A DNA stretch of 58,530 nucleotides from positions 1-58,530 of the IMG/VR virus record IMGVR_UViG_3300043410_000871. One strand, given 5' to 3'. The notes under the pieces are model-generated. The model worked only from the letters and a program-made list of their open reading frames with translations, did not search any database and was not told the origin of the DNA. The stretch comes from a virus (taxonomy: Duplodnaviria; Caudoviricetes). Of this stretch, positions 1 through 8,181 are shown one piece after another; within the stretch, counting starts at the first letter, position 1, and the number at the start of each line of letters is the position of its first letter. Made by a program: the position numbers and the translations under genes.

Positions 1-2103
1 AAATCCACATTCCATTGGAGTTAGTCCACACTCTTCAATAGCATCTTGTAATGTCATTGTTCTGTGACCAAAATCTAATTTTGTACTTAATTGTGCGCCA
101 CACTCTTTGGCTAAGATCAATCGTGCCTTAATTCTAGAGAATGGGCTCATTTCACCTTCAGCAATTGGTGATGGAGGAGGTTCAATAGCAGGTGGAGGCA
201 TTTCGCCAGCTTCTGGTGCTGGAGGAACTGGGCCACCTGGTGCTGGAGGCATTGCGCCAGCTTCTGGAGGAACTGCGGCTGCATCAGGTGTAGGTGCAGG
301 TGGAGGTGGAGCAACTGGTTCTGGTGCTGGAGGCGGAGCAGCTGGTTCTTCACCACCTGTTTCGCCTTCACCAAATGTCAATTGCATTGCAACTGCTGGA
401 TCTCTTTCCTGAACATACTTCTGGATTAATACACGGATATCTAAATCTGGATCAACTTGATCTAATGACTGGATAAACTCTGGGTCATCAATAATGCCTT
501 TTAGGCTTAACTTAGCATTGATTTCGTTATTTCCACCCTTAAGGTCAGACGCCAATAACTTGTTTAACTTGTTAATAGCAGTTTGCTGAACTTCTTTGTT
601 CAAGCTGAACAATGTATCAGTACCGTTTTGTGATTCTTCGCTCTCAACGATGCTGTTGATGAAGTCTTCAAATTGATCTTCAGCCATTGAGTTTTTCTTA
701 CTCATTTTATAAATGGCAGTATGTACACCCTTCAATCTCTTGTGTGCTTTTTTCTCACCTGGGTGATTGTAATCAATGTCATCATTTCTACCAATCTGTA
801 CACCTGTATCCAAGCCTGCCTTGTGCATGTGTCCAGCTGCATCGTATGCGCCTTTCTGTGCATAACTTGATAGTGTATCTTTGCTCAATTCATCAAGCTG
901 GTCATCTGTTTTGTACTTACGGAAGTTTTCACTTCCTTTCTTGTGTGCCAATCCCTGCGTACGATAAGCAGCTTTGGTTACACCAGATTCACGGCCTTTG
1001 TTTACAGTGCGTTCACCGTCACGGTCGTCATCACCCTTATGCGTTGCTTTGCTAACGTAAGAGTTTAGTGTATCTTTGCTCAACTCAGACAACATGTCCT
1101 CTGGACCCAATTCTTTAACTGGGATTTCTGATTCATCAACTAACTTGAAGATATATGGGAACGCTGTCTTTAAATCTTCGTTAAATGTGCGGACTGTTAA
1201 ACGGTCAATCCAGTCATCCATAATAGATTCTGGAATTTCTTGTGATACTGGTTCTTCAAAAGACTCAGCAAATGACTCATAGTAAGACTTGCGTTGTAGC
1301 TTTTGAACTTGATCTTTAATTTGGTCAATACGTTCCATGACCTTGCCATGGATATCACCCATTGCTTCTGCAAGGGCTTCATTACGTCCAACGTAACCTT
1401 TAAACTTACGTAGCTGTGCCATTTCCTCTGACAACCCAGTAATATGCTTACCAATTGGGTCATATGGATTACCGCCATGCTTTAAGTGTTCTGCTAAAGC
1501 GCGAGCACCATTTAAGTGCTTGTATGGGTATTTGAAACGCTCACCATCTGCGTTTTCAATATAGATGCTTTCAATGTGTAATGTGCGGCCAGCAGCTAAC
1601 TCTGTATTAACTGGTTGTGAGTGCTTGACAATTAAGCGAGCTTCACCCAAGTCTTGGTAGCTAATCTTTGCTGTGCCATAAAATTTACTTTCCATCACTG
1701 GTGCTACTGGTGGCATGATTGTTTCTTCCTTGCGCTTTGCTTGGAACTCATAGTCACGTTTATCTAAGTTACTTTTTTCCAAGTTGATGATTTTAAAATC
1801 TAATGTTCTTTTGTTGGCGAATCTACCCATACTACGGATAAACTTAAAAACGCCAGGGACATCACTATCAACTAAATCGCCACCCACTTGTACAACGATG
1901 CCATCATCGTCATCCAAGGTAACTGTGATTGTTCCAAGAACTCTCCCAGCTTCTTTATATGGGAATTCAAAGAAACGTGCTTTCGGAATGTCCTCTTTCT
2001 TAGATAGAACTTCACCGGATTCGTCACCGATCTTCACATCTGGAAAGCGTGTTTCTAGCTTTCCATACACTTCTAATGCGATATTGTCTAAATTAATGTC
2101 CAT
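1..2103 (-). CDS. Large conserved hypothetical phage protein, probably head-associated (partial, runs off the left edge; at least 701 aa)
   Basis: ATG at 2103-2101; read by hand, the frame stays open to position 1 (MDINLDNIALEVYGKLETRFPDVKIGD...YIENADGERFKYPYKHLNGARALAEH...). Contains two ELSKDTLxSY modules and a Pro/Ala-rich tract. A GATAAATA motif lies just upstream. Absent from the ORF track because there is no stop codon in the window. Confidence 0.85.
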   Translation of the reverse strand, partial: MDINLDNIALEVYGKLETRFPDVKIGDESGEVLSKKEDIPKARFFEFPYKEAGRVLGTITVTLDDDDGIVVQVGGDLVDSDVPGVFKFIRSMGRFANKRTLDFKIINLEKSNLDKRDYEFQAKRKEETIMPPVAPVMESKFYGTAKISYQDLGEARLIVKHSQPVNTELAAGRTLHIESIYIENADGERFKYPYKHLNGARALAEHLKHGGNPYDPIGKHITGLSEEMAQLRKFKGYVGRNEALAEAMGDIHGKVMERIDQIKDQVQKLQRKSYYESFAESFEEPVSQEIPESIMDDWIDRLTVRTFNEDLKTAFPYIFKLVDESEIPVKELGPEDMLSELSKDTLNSYVSKATHKGDDDRDGERTVNKGRESGVTKAAYRTQGLAHKKGSENFRKYKTDDQLDELSKDTLSSYAQKGAYDAAGHMHKAGLDTGVQIGRNDDIDYNHPGEKKAHKRLKGVHTAIYKMSKKNSMAEDQFEDFINSIVESEESQNGTDTLFSLNKEVQQTAINKLNKLLASDLKGGNNEINAKLSLKGIIDDPEFIQSLDQVDPDLDIRVLIQKYVQERDPAVAMQLTFGEGETGGEEPAAPPPAPEPVAPPPPAPTPDAAAVPPEAGAMPPAPGGPVPPAPEAGEMPPPAIEPPPSPIAEGEMSPFSRIKARLILAKECGAQLSTKLDFGHRTMTLQDAIEECGLTPMECGF

Positions 2104-2113
2104 GTTATATTTA

Positions 2114-3715
2114 TCAAATGCCAGAAGATATGAATATAGGTAAGGGTGGTTCCCAATTCTCATCTTCGCCCCAGTCTGTACCCACTTTTAAGTATTCAAA
2201 TACTGACGGGTCCCATTCTGCTAAAATCACGCTCATACGTACGATTAAAAGCAAACTAGACACTAAGTCGTCATGTAAACCCACTTTGGCTTTATAAGTT
2301 GTACCCGCGGCAATGAAGCCCTTTAGTTCACTCAATAATGGGCGACTATGAATCTTCATCTTGTCTTCTTCAATCATGTACTTCATTTTAGCACATGCTG
2401 AAATCTTATTACCAAAGGTGGTGTTGAAACCCTTGCGGAACTTCTTAACGTGTCCCTTGCGAAGTGGCTCACTTAGGAACAATCCAGGGAATGTTTCTTC
2501 ACCCAAGTTCTCAATAACTACTAGGGCACTCTCACCAACTGTGTTGTTTTCGACTGACCAATAAATTTGGTTGTAGTTTTCTTCACCAATTTCTTCTTGT
2601 ATGTATTTTAGAATATCTCTGAGAATTTTAACCTGTTGTTGGACTGGAGTAACGTTATGATGCCATTCTGCAACTTGTTCAAACGATGGAAGCTCAAATA
2701 CTTGAATAGCACCATAGTCACCACCAGTACCCAAACTAGGATCAAGCGATGCTATGTATGTTAACCCAGCAACTGGTTTCTTATACCAACGCACTTCGCC
2801 CATCTTAAATGCTGGTTCTTTACCAACAAGCTCTGCTAACTTAATACTATGGATGAGCGTTTCGTCATATACCAAGAATTCACAATTGTATTCTCGGCGG
2901 AACTTCTCTTCCCCAATACGTCCCATTTCAACTTCTTTCCACTTATCATCGCGGTCAGGGTGTTCCCACCAATCTGCTTTGTATCCGTGGAATCCGTTAC
3001 GCCCAGTGCCATCAGTCTTCTCATTACCAAATGAGTCAAATTTGTCTTGAGCTTCTTTCCAAATAGTAGCAAATGTGTCTTCGTCACTGTTTGGTGTTGA
3101 TGTAATAATTGCTCGTCCACCAGTTGCTAGTGTTGGTGATATTGACGTCCAAAATTCTTCAGCAATATTAGGTTGCACAAATGCGAACTCATCGCAGTAT
3201 AGAAGTGATATGGACATACCACGACCAGTGTTGCCAGTAGTTGTAGCAGAAACGATACGAGATCCGTTATCAAATTCAATACTCCCTTTGTTATAGCTTA
3301 CGACACCTGCTCGTAAGAAGTCAGGACATAATTCATAAGCGTAACGAATACGCTGCATAATTTCCTGAGAACCTGTATACTTGTGGGCAGCAACTAGAAT
3401 AGTTTGGTCTGGATGGAACATCGCAAACCACAACAAATAACCTGCTGCACAAGTTGTTTTGCCACTTTGACGTGGCATCATGTTAATGTTAAAACGATAA
3501 TCGTGATAACTTGCTAATAACCTTTCTTGATACTCAAAAGGTTCAAACAACACCTTCCCTTTAACAGGGTGTTGAATAAAGAAGAAGTTCTTGACAAAAT
3601 GCTCGTAACCACGAGCTGGGTCCGAACAAGCAACCATGTGCTGGATCTTTTCCTCAGTCCATTCTTCTTTGATATGCGCCTTTTTCGTTAAGACGCCGTC
3701 TAATGATTTTGCCAT
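2114..3715 (-). CDS. terL: Terminase large subunit (T4 gp17-like)
   Basis: Walker A MPRQSGKTT, Walker B LLYCDEFAF, coupling motif TSTPN, RNase H-like nuclease motifs SLDPSLGTGGDY and HDDLV. Confidence 0.97.
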   Translation of the reverse strand: MAKSLDGVLTKKAHIKEEWTEEKIQHMVACSDPARGYEHFVKNFFFIQHPVKGKVLFEPFEYQERLLASYHDYRFNINMMPRQSGKTTCAAGYLLWFAMFHPDQTILVAAHKYTGSQEIMQRIRYAYELCPDFLRAGVVSYNKGSIEFDNGSRIVSATTTGNTGRGMSISLLYCDEFAFVQPNIAEEFWTSISPTLATGGRAIITSTPNSDEDTFATIWKEAQDKFDSFGNEKTDGTGRNGFHGYKADWWEHPDRDDKWKEVEMGRIGEEKFRREYNCEFLVYDETLIHSIKLAELVGKEPAFKMGEVRWYKKPVAGLTYIASLDPSLGTGGDYGAIQVFELPSFEQVAEWHHNVTPVQQQVKILRDILKYIQEEIGEENYNQIYWSVENNTVGESALVVIENLGEETFPGLFLSEPLRKGHVKKFRKGFNTTFGNKISACAKMKYMIEEDKMKIHSRPLLSELKGFIAAGTTYKAKVGLHDDLVSSLLLIVRMSVILAEWDPSVFEYLKVGTDWGEDENWEPPLPIFISSGI

Positions 3716-3732
3716 ACTATTATTTAAGATGA

Positions 3733-3755
3733 AAAACCGGGCAACGCCCGGTTTT
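3733..3755 (-). terminator. Rho-independent terminator
   Basis: Inverted repeat AAAACCGGGC-aac-GCCCGGTTTT with a T-run on the minus strand, just after the 3775 stop codon. Confidence 0.75.
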
Positions 3756-3774
3756 CGGTGATTTTTACACCATT

Positions 3775-4599
3775 TTACTTACGCATTTTGCGTATCATTG
3801 CATTTGCTTCTTTTAATGACATTTTGTCAACAGCTTTTTCGATGCCATGTTGACGCTTCCATGCCTTCTTATCATTGTCAAGACCCTTGCGCTTTTGACC
3901 AAAATCAGCCCCAGCAACAAATGCCTTGTCATTCATGTCAGCAGCCGCTTTTTTAGTATATGAAGCTAATGTACCTTTGCTCAATTCATCCAATTGGCGT
4001 GACTTTACATCAGCATACAATGCAGCCAAAGCTTCTTGCATTGGGTTCTCACCACCGTTTACTTTACGTGGATGAGCTTGACCCTTGCTGAACATATCGT
4101 TACCTGTTTGTGTAACTGCTGCAACTGGCATAACTTCTGGACCAGCATCGCCTTGTGCTGCATTACCAAACTCTTCACCAACTGACTCGTCACCCATTAA
4201 TGGAACTTCGTCACCATGAACTGCGGCACCCTTACCCTGTAAGTGATTAACAAGTGCGATCAAGTCTTTCATTGATAACTGGACGTTACCTTCGCCACCG
4301 CATTCTTCAATTGATTCATCAGCAGCACCTGCACCGCCTTGAACTTCACTATTTTGTGGTGCAACGTCGGATACTGGTTCAGTTGCTTCTTCCTCAATAC
4401 TTTCATCAGTGCGGCCAGAATTCTTAGCCAAGTTGTCTTTGTGACTAATCTTGCCCTCTTTTTCTTCAGCATCCAAATCTTTCTTAGTAACTTTCCAGTC
4501 ACCACCTTGTGCTTTGCGTTGTACTGCTGGGATGTCGCTCTTCTTAGCACTCTCTTCAAGAGCTGCTAACTTTGCTAATAAATCGTGTAAATTACTCAT
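3775..4599 (-). CDS. Acidic hypothetical protein, likely head internal or core protein
   Basis: 274-aa E/D-rich low-complexity ORF with many L/I-x-E sites and a QLDELSKGTLASYTKKA module shared with the 1..2103 protein. Confidence 0.65.
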   Translation of the reverse strand: MSNLHDLLAKLAALEESAKKSDIPAVQRKAQGGDWKVTKKDLDAEEKEGKISHKDNLAKNSGRTDESIEEEATEPVSDVAPQNSEVQGGAGAADESIEECGGEGNVQLSMKDLIALVNHLQGKGAAVHGDEVPLMGDESVGEEFGNAAQGDAGPEVMPVAAVTQTGNDMFSKGQAHPRKVNGGENPMQEALAALYADVKSRQLDELSKGTLASYTKKAAADMNDKAFVAGADFGQKRKGLDNDKKAWKRQHGIEKAVDKMSLKEANAMIRKMRK

Positions 4600-4600
4600 A

Positions 4601-5218
4601 TTATCTTCCTTTCATTGGATCAGGAAGTTTAATCTTTTTAGAACCAATTGCGCTGGTTGCTCCTGATTTTTCTGCAGCCATATCTGCTTGCTTCTCAACT
4701 GGCGCTTTCTTGGCTAGCAATTCATCATTAAATCCTGTGACTGCTTCGCCAGTATGCTTTTCTTTGCCTAACTCTTTTAAGAAGTTCATCATATGCTTCT
4801 CACCAACCAATCCTTGGTCGTTAGATTTTTCATACTCAGTACCTAACAATGCCTTGCCAGATTTTACATCGTTGGCATGGTTGATATTGTATTCTTCTTG
4901 TTCAGCAAGTGTGCGTACGATTAGGTTAGAAGGTGCAAGTTTTGAGCACTCTGATACTAAACTTTGTACTTGTAAAGATGTCACTGGATAGCTAGTTGTA
5001 ACGTCAAATACAGTTATTTCAACGTGCTTTAGTGATGGGAATTCTTCTTGAGTTTCTTGAATTGGCGTACTCTTGCCTGCTGAGCAGCTTTCCACTTTAT
5101 ATGGAGAAAGTGCGTTCTTGATGTGTCCAACCATGTCCTTAGGGCATTGGCCAGCAACTTTAATCTTGAACTCGTATACTTTCTTGCTCTCAGTTAAGTA
5201 TTCTTTAAATGATTTCAT
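4601..5218 (-). CDS. Hypothetical protein with T4-type capsid-targeting-like N-terminus
   Basis: Starts MKSFKEYLTE, similar to the T4 internal-protein capsid targeting sequence MKTYQEFIAE. TAAATA motif upstream. Confidence 0.65.
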   Translation of the reverse strand: MKSFKEYLTESKKVYEFKIKVAGQCPKDMVGHIKNALSPYKVESCSAGKSTPIQETQEEFPSLKHVEITVFDVTTSYPVTSLQVQSLVSECSKLAPSNLIVRTLAEQEEYNINHANDVKSGKALLGTEYEKSNDQGLVGEKHMMNFLKELGKEKHTGEAVTGFNDELLAKKAPVEKQADMAAEKSGATSAIGSKKIKLPDPMKGR

Positions 5219-5239
5219 AATATGATCCTGATACTATAT

Positions 5240-5725
5240 TTATTTCATATTCCTGATTTTTTCCAACAAGCTATTGCGATCTGCAACAATAACCCCTTCA
5301 CCAGCAATATTGATACCACGATCTTCGCCACCCGCAGCATCTTGATCCAACTTTTGCTTTTTAAGCTGAAGTTCAATCATTTTTAACTTTTTATCTAGCT
5401 TTGCAGTTTTGGCATTAATTGCATTGCCCAGCATACTTGCAGCAACTTCGAACAAACGGCCACTGTATCTAGCCTCTACGTTCATACCCAAGTCCATGAT
5501 GTCATCATATGCGTCCGTTGCTTTTTTAGCAAGATCGTCTAGCTCTTGGTCGCCCAAATCACCAAGCCCTTTTACTGCTGGTAACGCTGCTGCAATCTTG
5601 TCAAACTCACTAATATCTCTAAGCAAAGGCTCAGGGACAGGAGGACGCTCTTGCTTCTTCTCTTCCTGCTTAACAATCTTCTTGCTTTCAGGTAAATTGA
5701 GGATTTCTTCAAGTTTTTTAGTCAT
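5240..5725 (-). CDS. Putative terminase small subunit (T4 gp16-like)
   Basis: 161-aa helical protein. The segment DIMDLGMNVEARYSGRLFEVAASML resembles the gp16 central helices (..PRAYEV..). Lies close to terL. Confidence 0.55.
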   Translation of the reverse strand: MTKKLEEILNLPESKKIVKQEEKKQERPPVPEPLLRDISEFDKIAAALPAVKGLGDLGDQELDDLAKKATDAYDDIMDLGMNVEARYSGRLFEVAASMLGNAINAKTAKLDKKLKMIELQLKKQKLDQDAAGGEDRGINIAGEGVIVADRNSLLEKIRNMK

Positions 5726-5739
5726 AGTATTACTTATCC

Positions 5740-6171
5740 TTACGTCTGACTAAAGATGTCGTTTTCGTTGAGGATTCTAAACTTGATGCCCTGTTGTCTA
5801 CACCATAATGTAGCTGCCGCCCACTTTGCTTGATTCTTTACAAACTGGGCTTGATTATATTTGTTCTTGCCTACGCGCTCTAGCAATGTTTGGCTAGCTG
5901 GCTTAATCTCAACTAGCTCAACGTGCATTTTGCCAAACTTGTCAGCATATTGAATAAAGAAGTCTGGAACGTATACTGTGCTGCGGTTTGTTAATGGGTC
6001 ACGATACGGAATTTGGATGGCTTCACTAGCCCACTTTTGGACACTAGCATTAGTATCGCAGAAGTTCATAAAGCTCCATTCCCAACTGGATCTGTACAAA
6101 GGCTGTTTAGTACCCACATACTTCTGTGGGTTCTTCATAGTGAACTTGCCCTTTGCGAACTTGCCAGCCAT
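5740..6171 (-). CDS. Head completion nuclease (T4 gp4-like, TnsA-type PD-(D/E)xK)
   Basis: KNPQKYVG, YRSSWE, WASE..IPY, YVPDF, LVEIKP and NQAKWAAA motifs. Confidence 0.9.
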   Translation of the reverse strand: MAGKFAKGKFTMKNPQKYVGTKQPLYRSSWEWSFMNFCDTNASVQKWASEAIQIPYRDPLTNRSTVYVPDFFIQYADKFGKMHVELVEIKPASQTLLERVGKNKYNQAQFVKNQAKWAAATLWCRQQGIKFRILNENDIFSQT

Positions 6172-6172
6172 A

Positions 6173-6529
6173 TTAAACTAGGATGTTACGTGCTTCGAAA
6201 GTGTTAGTTACAATCTCAACTCTGTAGCCCAACAAGCTAGTATTTTCTCTGCTTGCGTTGAGCACTTGCACGACTACTTGGCTTAACTGAACATCAGTTA
6301 GCCCTTTAAGTTTGTCCAGTAATGAAAAAACTGGAACATTGTCTTGACGAGCCTGATTTAAAAGTACAATGGCTGTGCTACTTGCACTGTTTGTATCAAA
6401 ACCTCGCTTGACAAAGAATCCCACTGTTGCATCAATTTCGGCAGCAGGGAACGTAACTTGATCTTGAAACAAGTTATCGAAAAAACTTTTAACGTTGTAC
6501 GTATTTGATGCTGGTAAATTAGTTGCCAT
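6173..6529 (-). CDS. Hypothetical protein (tail/baseplate region)
   Basis: 118-aa ORF tightly packed in the tail operon. Confidence 0.7.
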   Translation of the reverse strand: MATNLPASNTYNVKSFFDNLFQDQVTFPAAEIDATVGFFVKRGFDTNSASSTAIVLLNQARQDNVPVFSLLDKLKGLTDVQLSQVVVQVLNASRENTSLLGYRVEIVTNTFEARNILV

Positions 6530-6532
6530 ATA

Positions 6533-7459
6533 TTATTTTGGAAATGCAAACCCTTGTAATCCACTCAATACTGTATTTGCAGCATTTGCTTTATTAGCAA
6601 TAGCTGTGCCTAATGACTGAGTATTCTGAGCAGTATTTATTTGAGTAAGTACTGTATTAAGAATTGATTCAGCATTATTAGCAATACCAGTACTGCTGTT
6701 AAAACTTGGGCCATTTGTAGCAAGCTGACCAGATAACGGACTTGGTGTTGTGTCATAATGTGATGACCCAAAACCCTCTGGGAAATCAGTGTCAACATTA
6801 CCAATTGAATATCCAACACCTTCATAATGGATCTTCATGTCAAAATCGTGAACTTGGTTCTGTGAGTAATCGAGCTTATTGTGATTCCAAGAATTAATTA
6901 AAGGATTCTTTAACTCGTAACAAACATATTCGTGTCTTGCCATTTGATATATCTTAATATAAGAAAAGAATGGCGCAGTGCTGGAGTTATCCAAACCATA
7001 CGGAGTGGTAATAAAATCACTACTGCGTGTTGCAGTGCGCTCGTATGCACCTGGAACATTTGCAGCCATCGAGTCTGCATAGTAGTAACTATAATAATTT
7101 TGCCAAAGTTGGTTAATTAAACCCATGTTATCATCATGGAATTTAATACCAGCTTCTTGATATTTTACTTGAAACTGTACAACCTTTTTGCGGTTGTACT
7201 GGTTTAATGTTTCGGTTTGAATCGAAAAGTTAGGCAAATCAACACTCTTAACTAACATGTTGATCTCGGTACCATATCGTTGTACCAAATCAATAGTTTT
7301 AAGCGCAGCAACGTTTATTCCGAACGCAACGTGGAATAGGAATTTTTGTTTAGGTGCGAGTCTAAACTGATCAACCGTGAACAACTTAGATGCGTGTTGT
7401 GCGTCACGCAACGTGATATTTGGGTCAGATAATAGACTTGATGTGGGTGTGAATGCCAT
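6533..7459 (-). CDS. Tail tube-like / baseplate-tube junction protein (gp19/gp48/gp54 fold)
   Basis: LVKSVDLPNFSIQTETLNQYNRK...IKFHDD...YELKNPLINSW...FDMKIHYE is a tube-fold pattern. Adjacent to the tube gene. Confidence 0.7.
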   Translation of the reverse strand: MAFTPTSSLLSDPNITLRDAQHASKLFTVDQFRLAPKQKFLFHVAFGINVAALKTIDLVQRYGTEINMLVKSVDLPNFSIQTETLNQYNRKKVVQFQVKYQEAGIKFHDDNMGLINQLWQNYYSYYYADSMAANVPGAYERTATRSSDFITTPYGLDNSSTAPFFSYIKIYQMARHEYVCYELKNPLINSWNHNKLDYSQNQVHDFDMKIHYEGVGYSIGNVDTDFPEGFGSSHYDTTPSPLSGQLATNGPSFNSSTGIANNAESILNTVLTQINTAQNTQSLGTAIANKANAANTVLSGLQGFAFPK

Positions 7460-7507
7460 AATATTATTTATTTAAATAATAATGTGCATACATTATCGGA
7501 AGTCAAT

Positions 7508-7529
7508 AAAAAGCCCACCTAAGTGGGCT
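7508..7529 (-). terminator. Rho-independent terminator after the tail tube gene
   Basis: Minus strand AGCCCAC-TTAG-GTGGGCT-TTTT. Confidence 0.8.
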
Positions 7530-7534
7530 AGTTA

Positions 7535-8167
7535 TTAAGAACCTAATGTACTGTTGCCAGAACCATTGTTTCCAGCACGTTTTACAGTTTGTGATCCAAT
7601 TGTACCACCTGATGTTTGAACAGCGTTATCAAAACGGATGCTCATATCGATCATTGCAGGACCTTGTTCACTGTACTTCAAATCTTGCCAGTTTGTTGAT
7701 TCTAAGTAACAACCATAACATTCCCATGTTTCTAGTACTTGAACGTTTTGGCTAGCGTTACCACCATCCAAGATTTCAATACGTAGAGTGAACTTATAGT
7801 CACCAGCAGATGCTGCTGAACTTTGTTCAAAGAAGTCAAATTGTTTCTGGTTTTGTTCACCAACTAGTTTAGAAACTTGGCCAGTAACATCATCACGTAG
7901 CTTAACGCTAATTGGTTCCCATGCTGGCTTACCAGCATAGTTGATCTTACTGTTATAAATTTCAATAACTTGGTTAGTGTACTTAACTTGTGGACGAGCC
8001 GCTTCTGCTACTTGTTTTGTTAATTCAACAGTGCCTGAAGATACACCAAAGTTTTCGAAACTTAGTCTAAAGCGATACTTTAGTTTGGGCATCAACATAC
8101 CCTGTGAGCTTGAACTCTGGTCCGAAGCTAGGGGTACTGTAAAATTACTTAATGCTGCGATTGCCAT
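7535..8167 (-). CDS. Tail tube protein (T4 gp19-like)
   Basis: PKLKYRFRL, YAGKPAWEPISVKLRDD and WECYGCY...MSIRFDNA motifs; directly downstream of the sheath gene. Confidence 0.85.
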   Translation of the reverse strand: MAIAALSNFTVPLASDQSSSSQGMLMPKLKYRFRLSFENFGVSSGTVELTKQVAEAARPQVKYTNQVIEIYNSKINYAGKPAWEPISVKLRDDVTGQVSKLVGEQNQKQFDFFEQSSAASAGDYKFTLRIEILDGGNASQNVQVLETWECYGCYLESTNWQDLKYSEQGPAMIDMSIRFDNAVQTSGGTIGSQTVKRAGNNGSGNSTLGS

Positions 8168-8181
8168 TTATATTCTCCTAA

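Noticed and set aside
107-2143. Short ORFs listed in the track (107..412, 147..374, 687..1055, 1197..1478, 1784..2143)
   Set aside because: They are antisense or off-frame shadows of the long 1..2103 minus-strand gene.
2114-3715. Intein or intron in the terminase gene
   Set aside because: The ORF is continuous, of normal length, and shows no splicing or homing-nuclease motifs.
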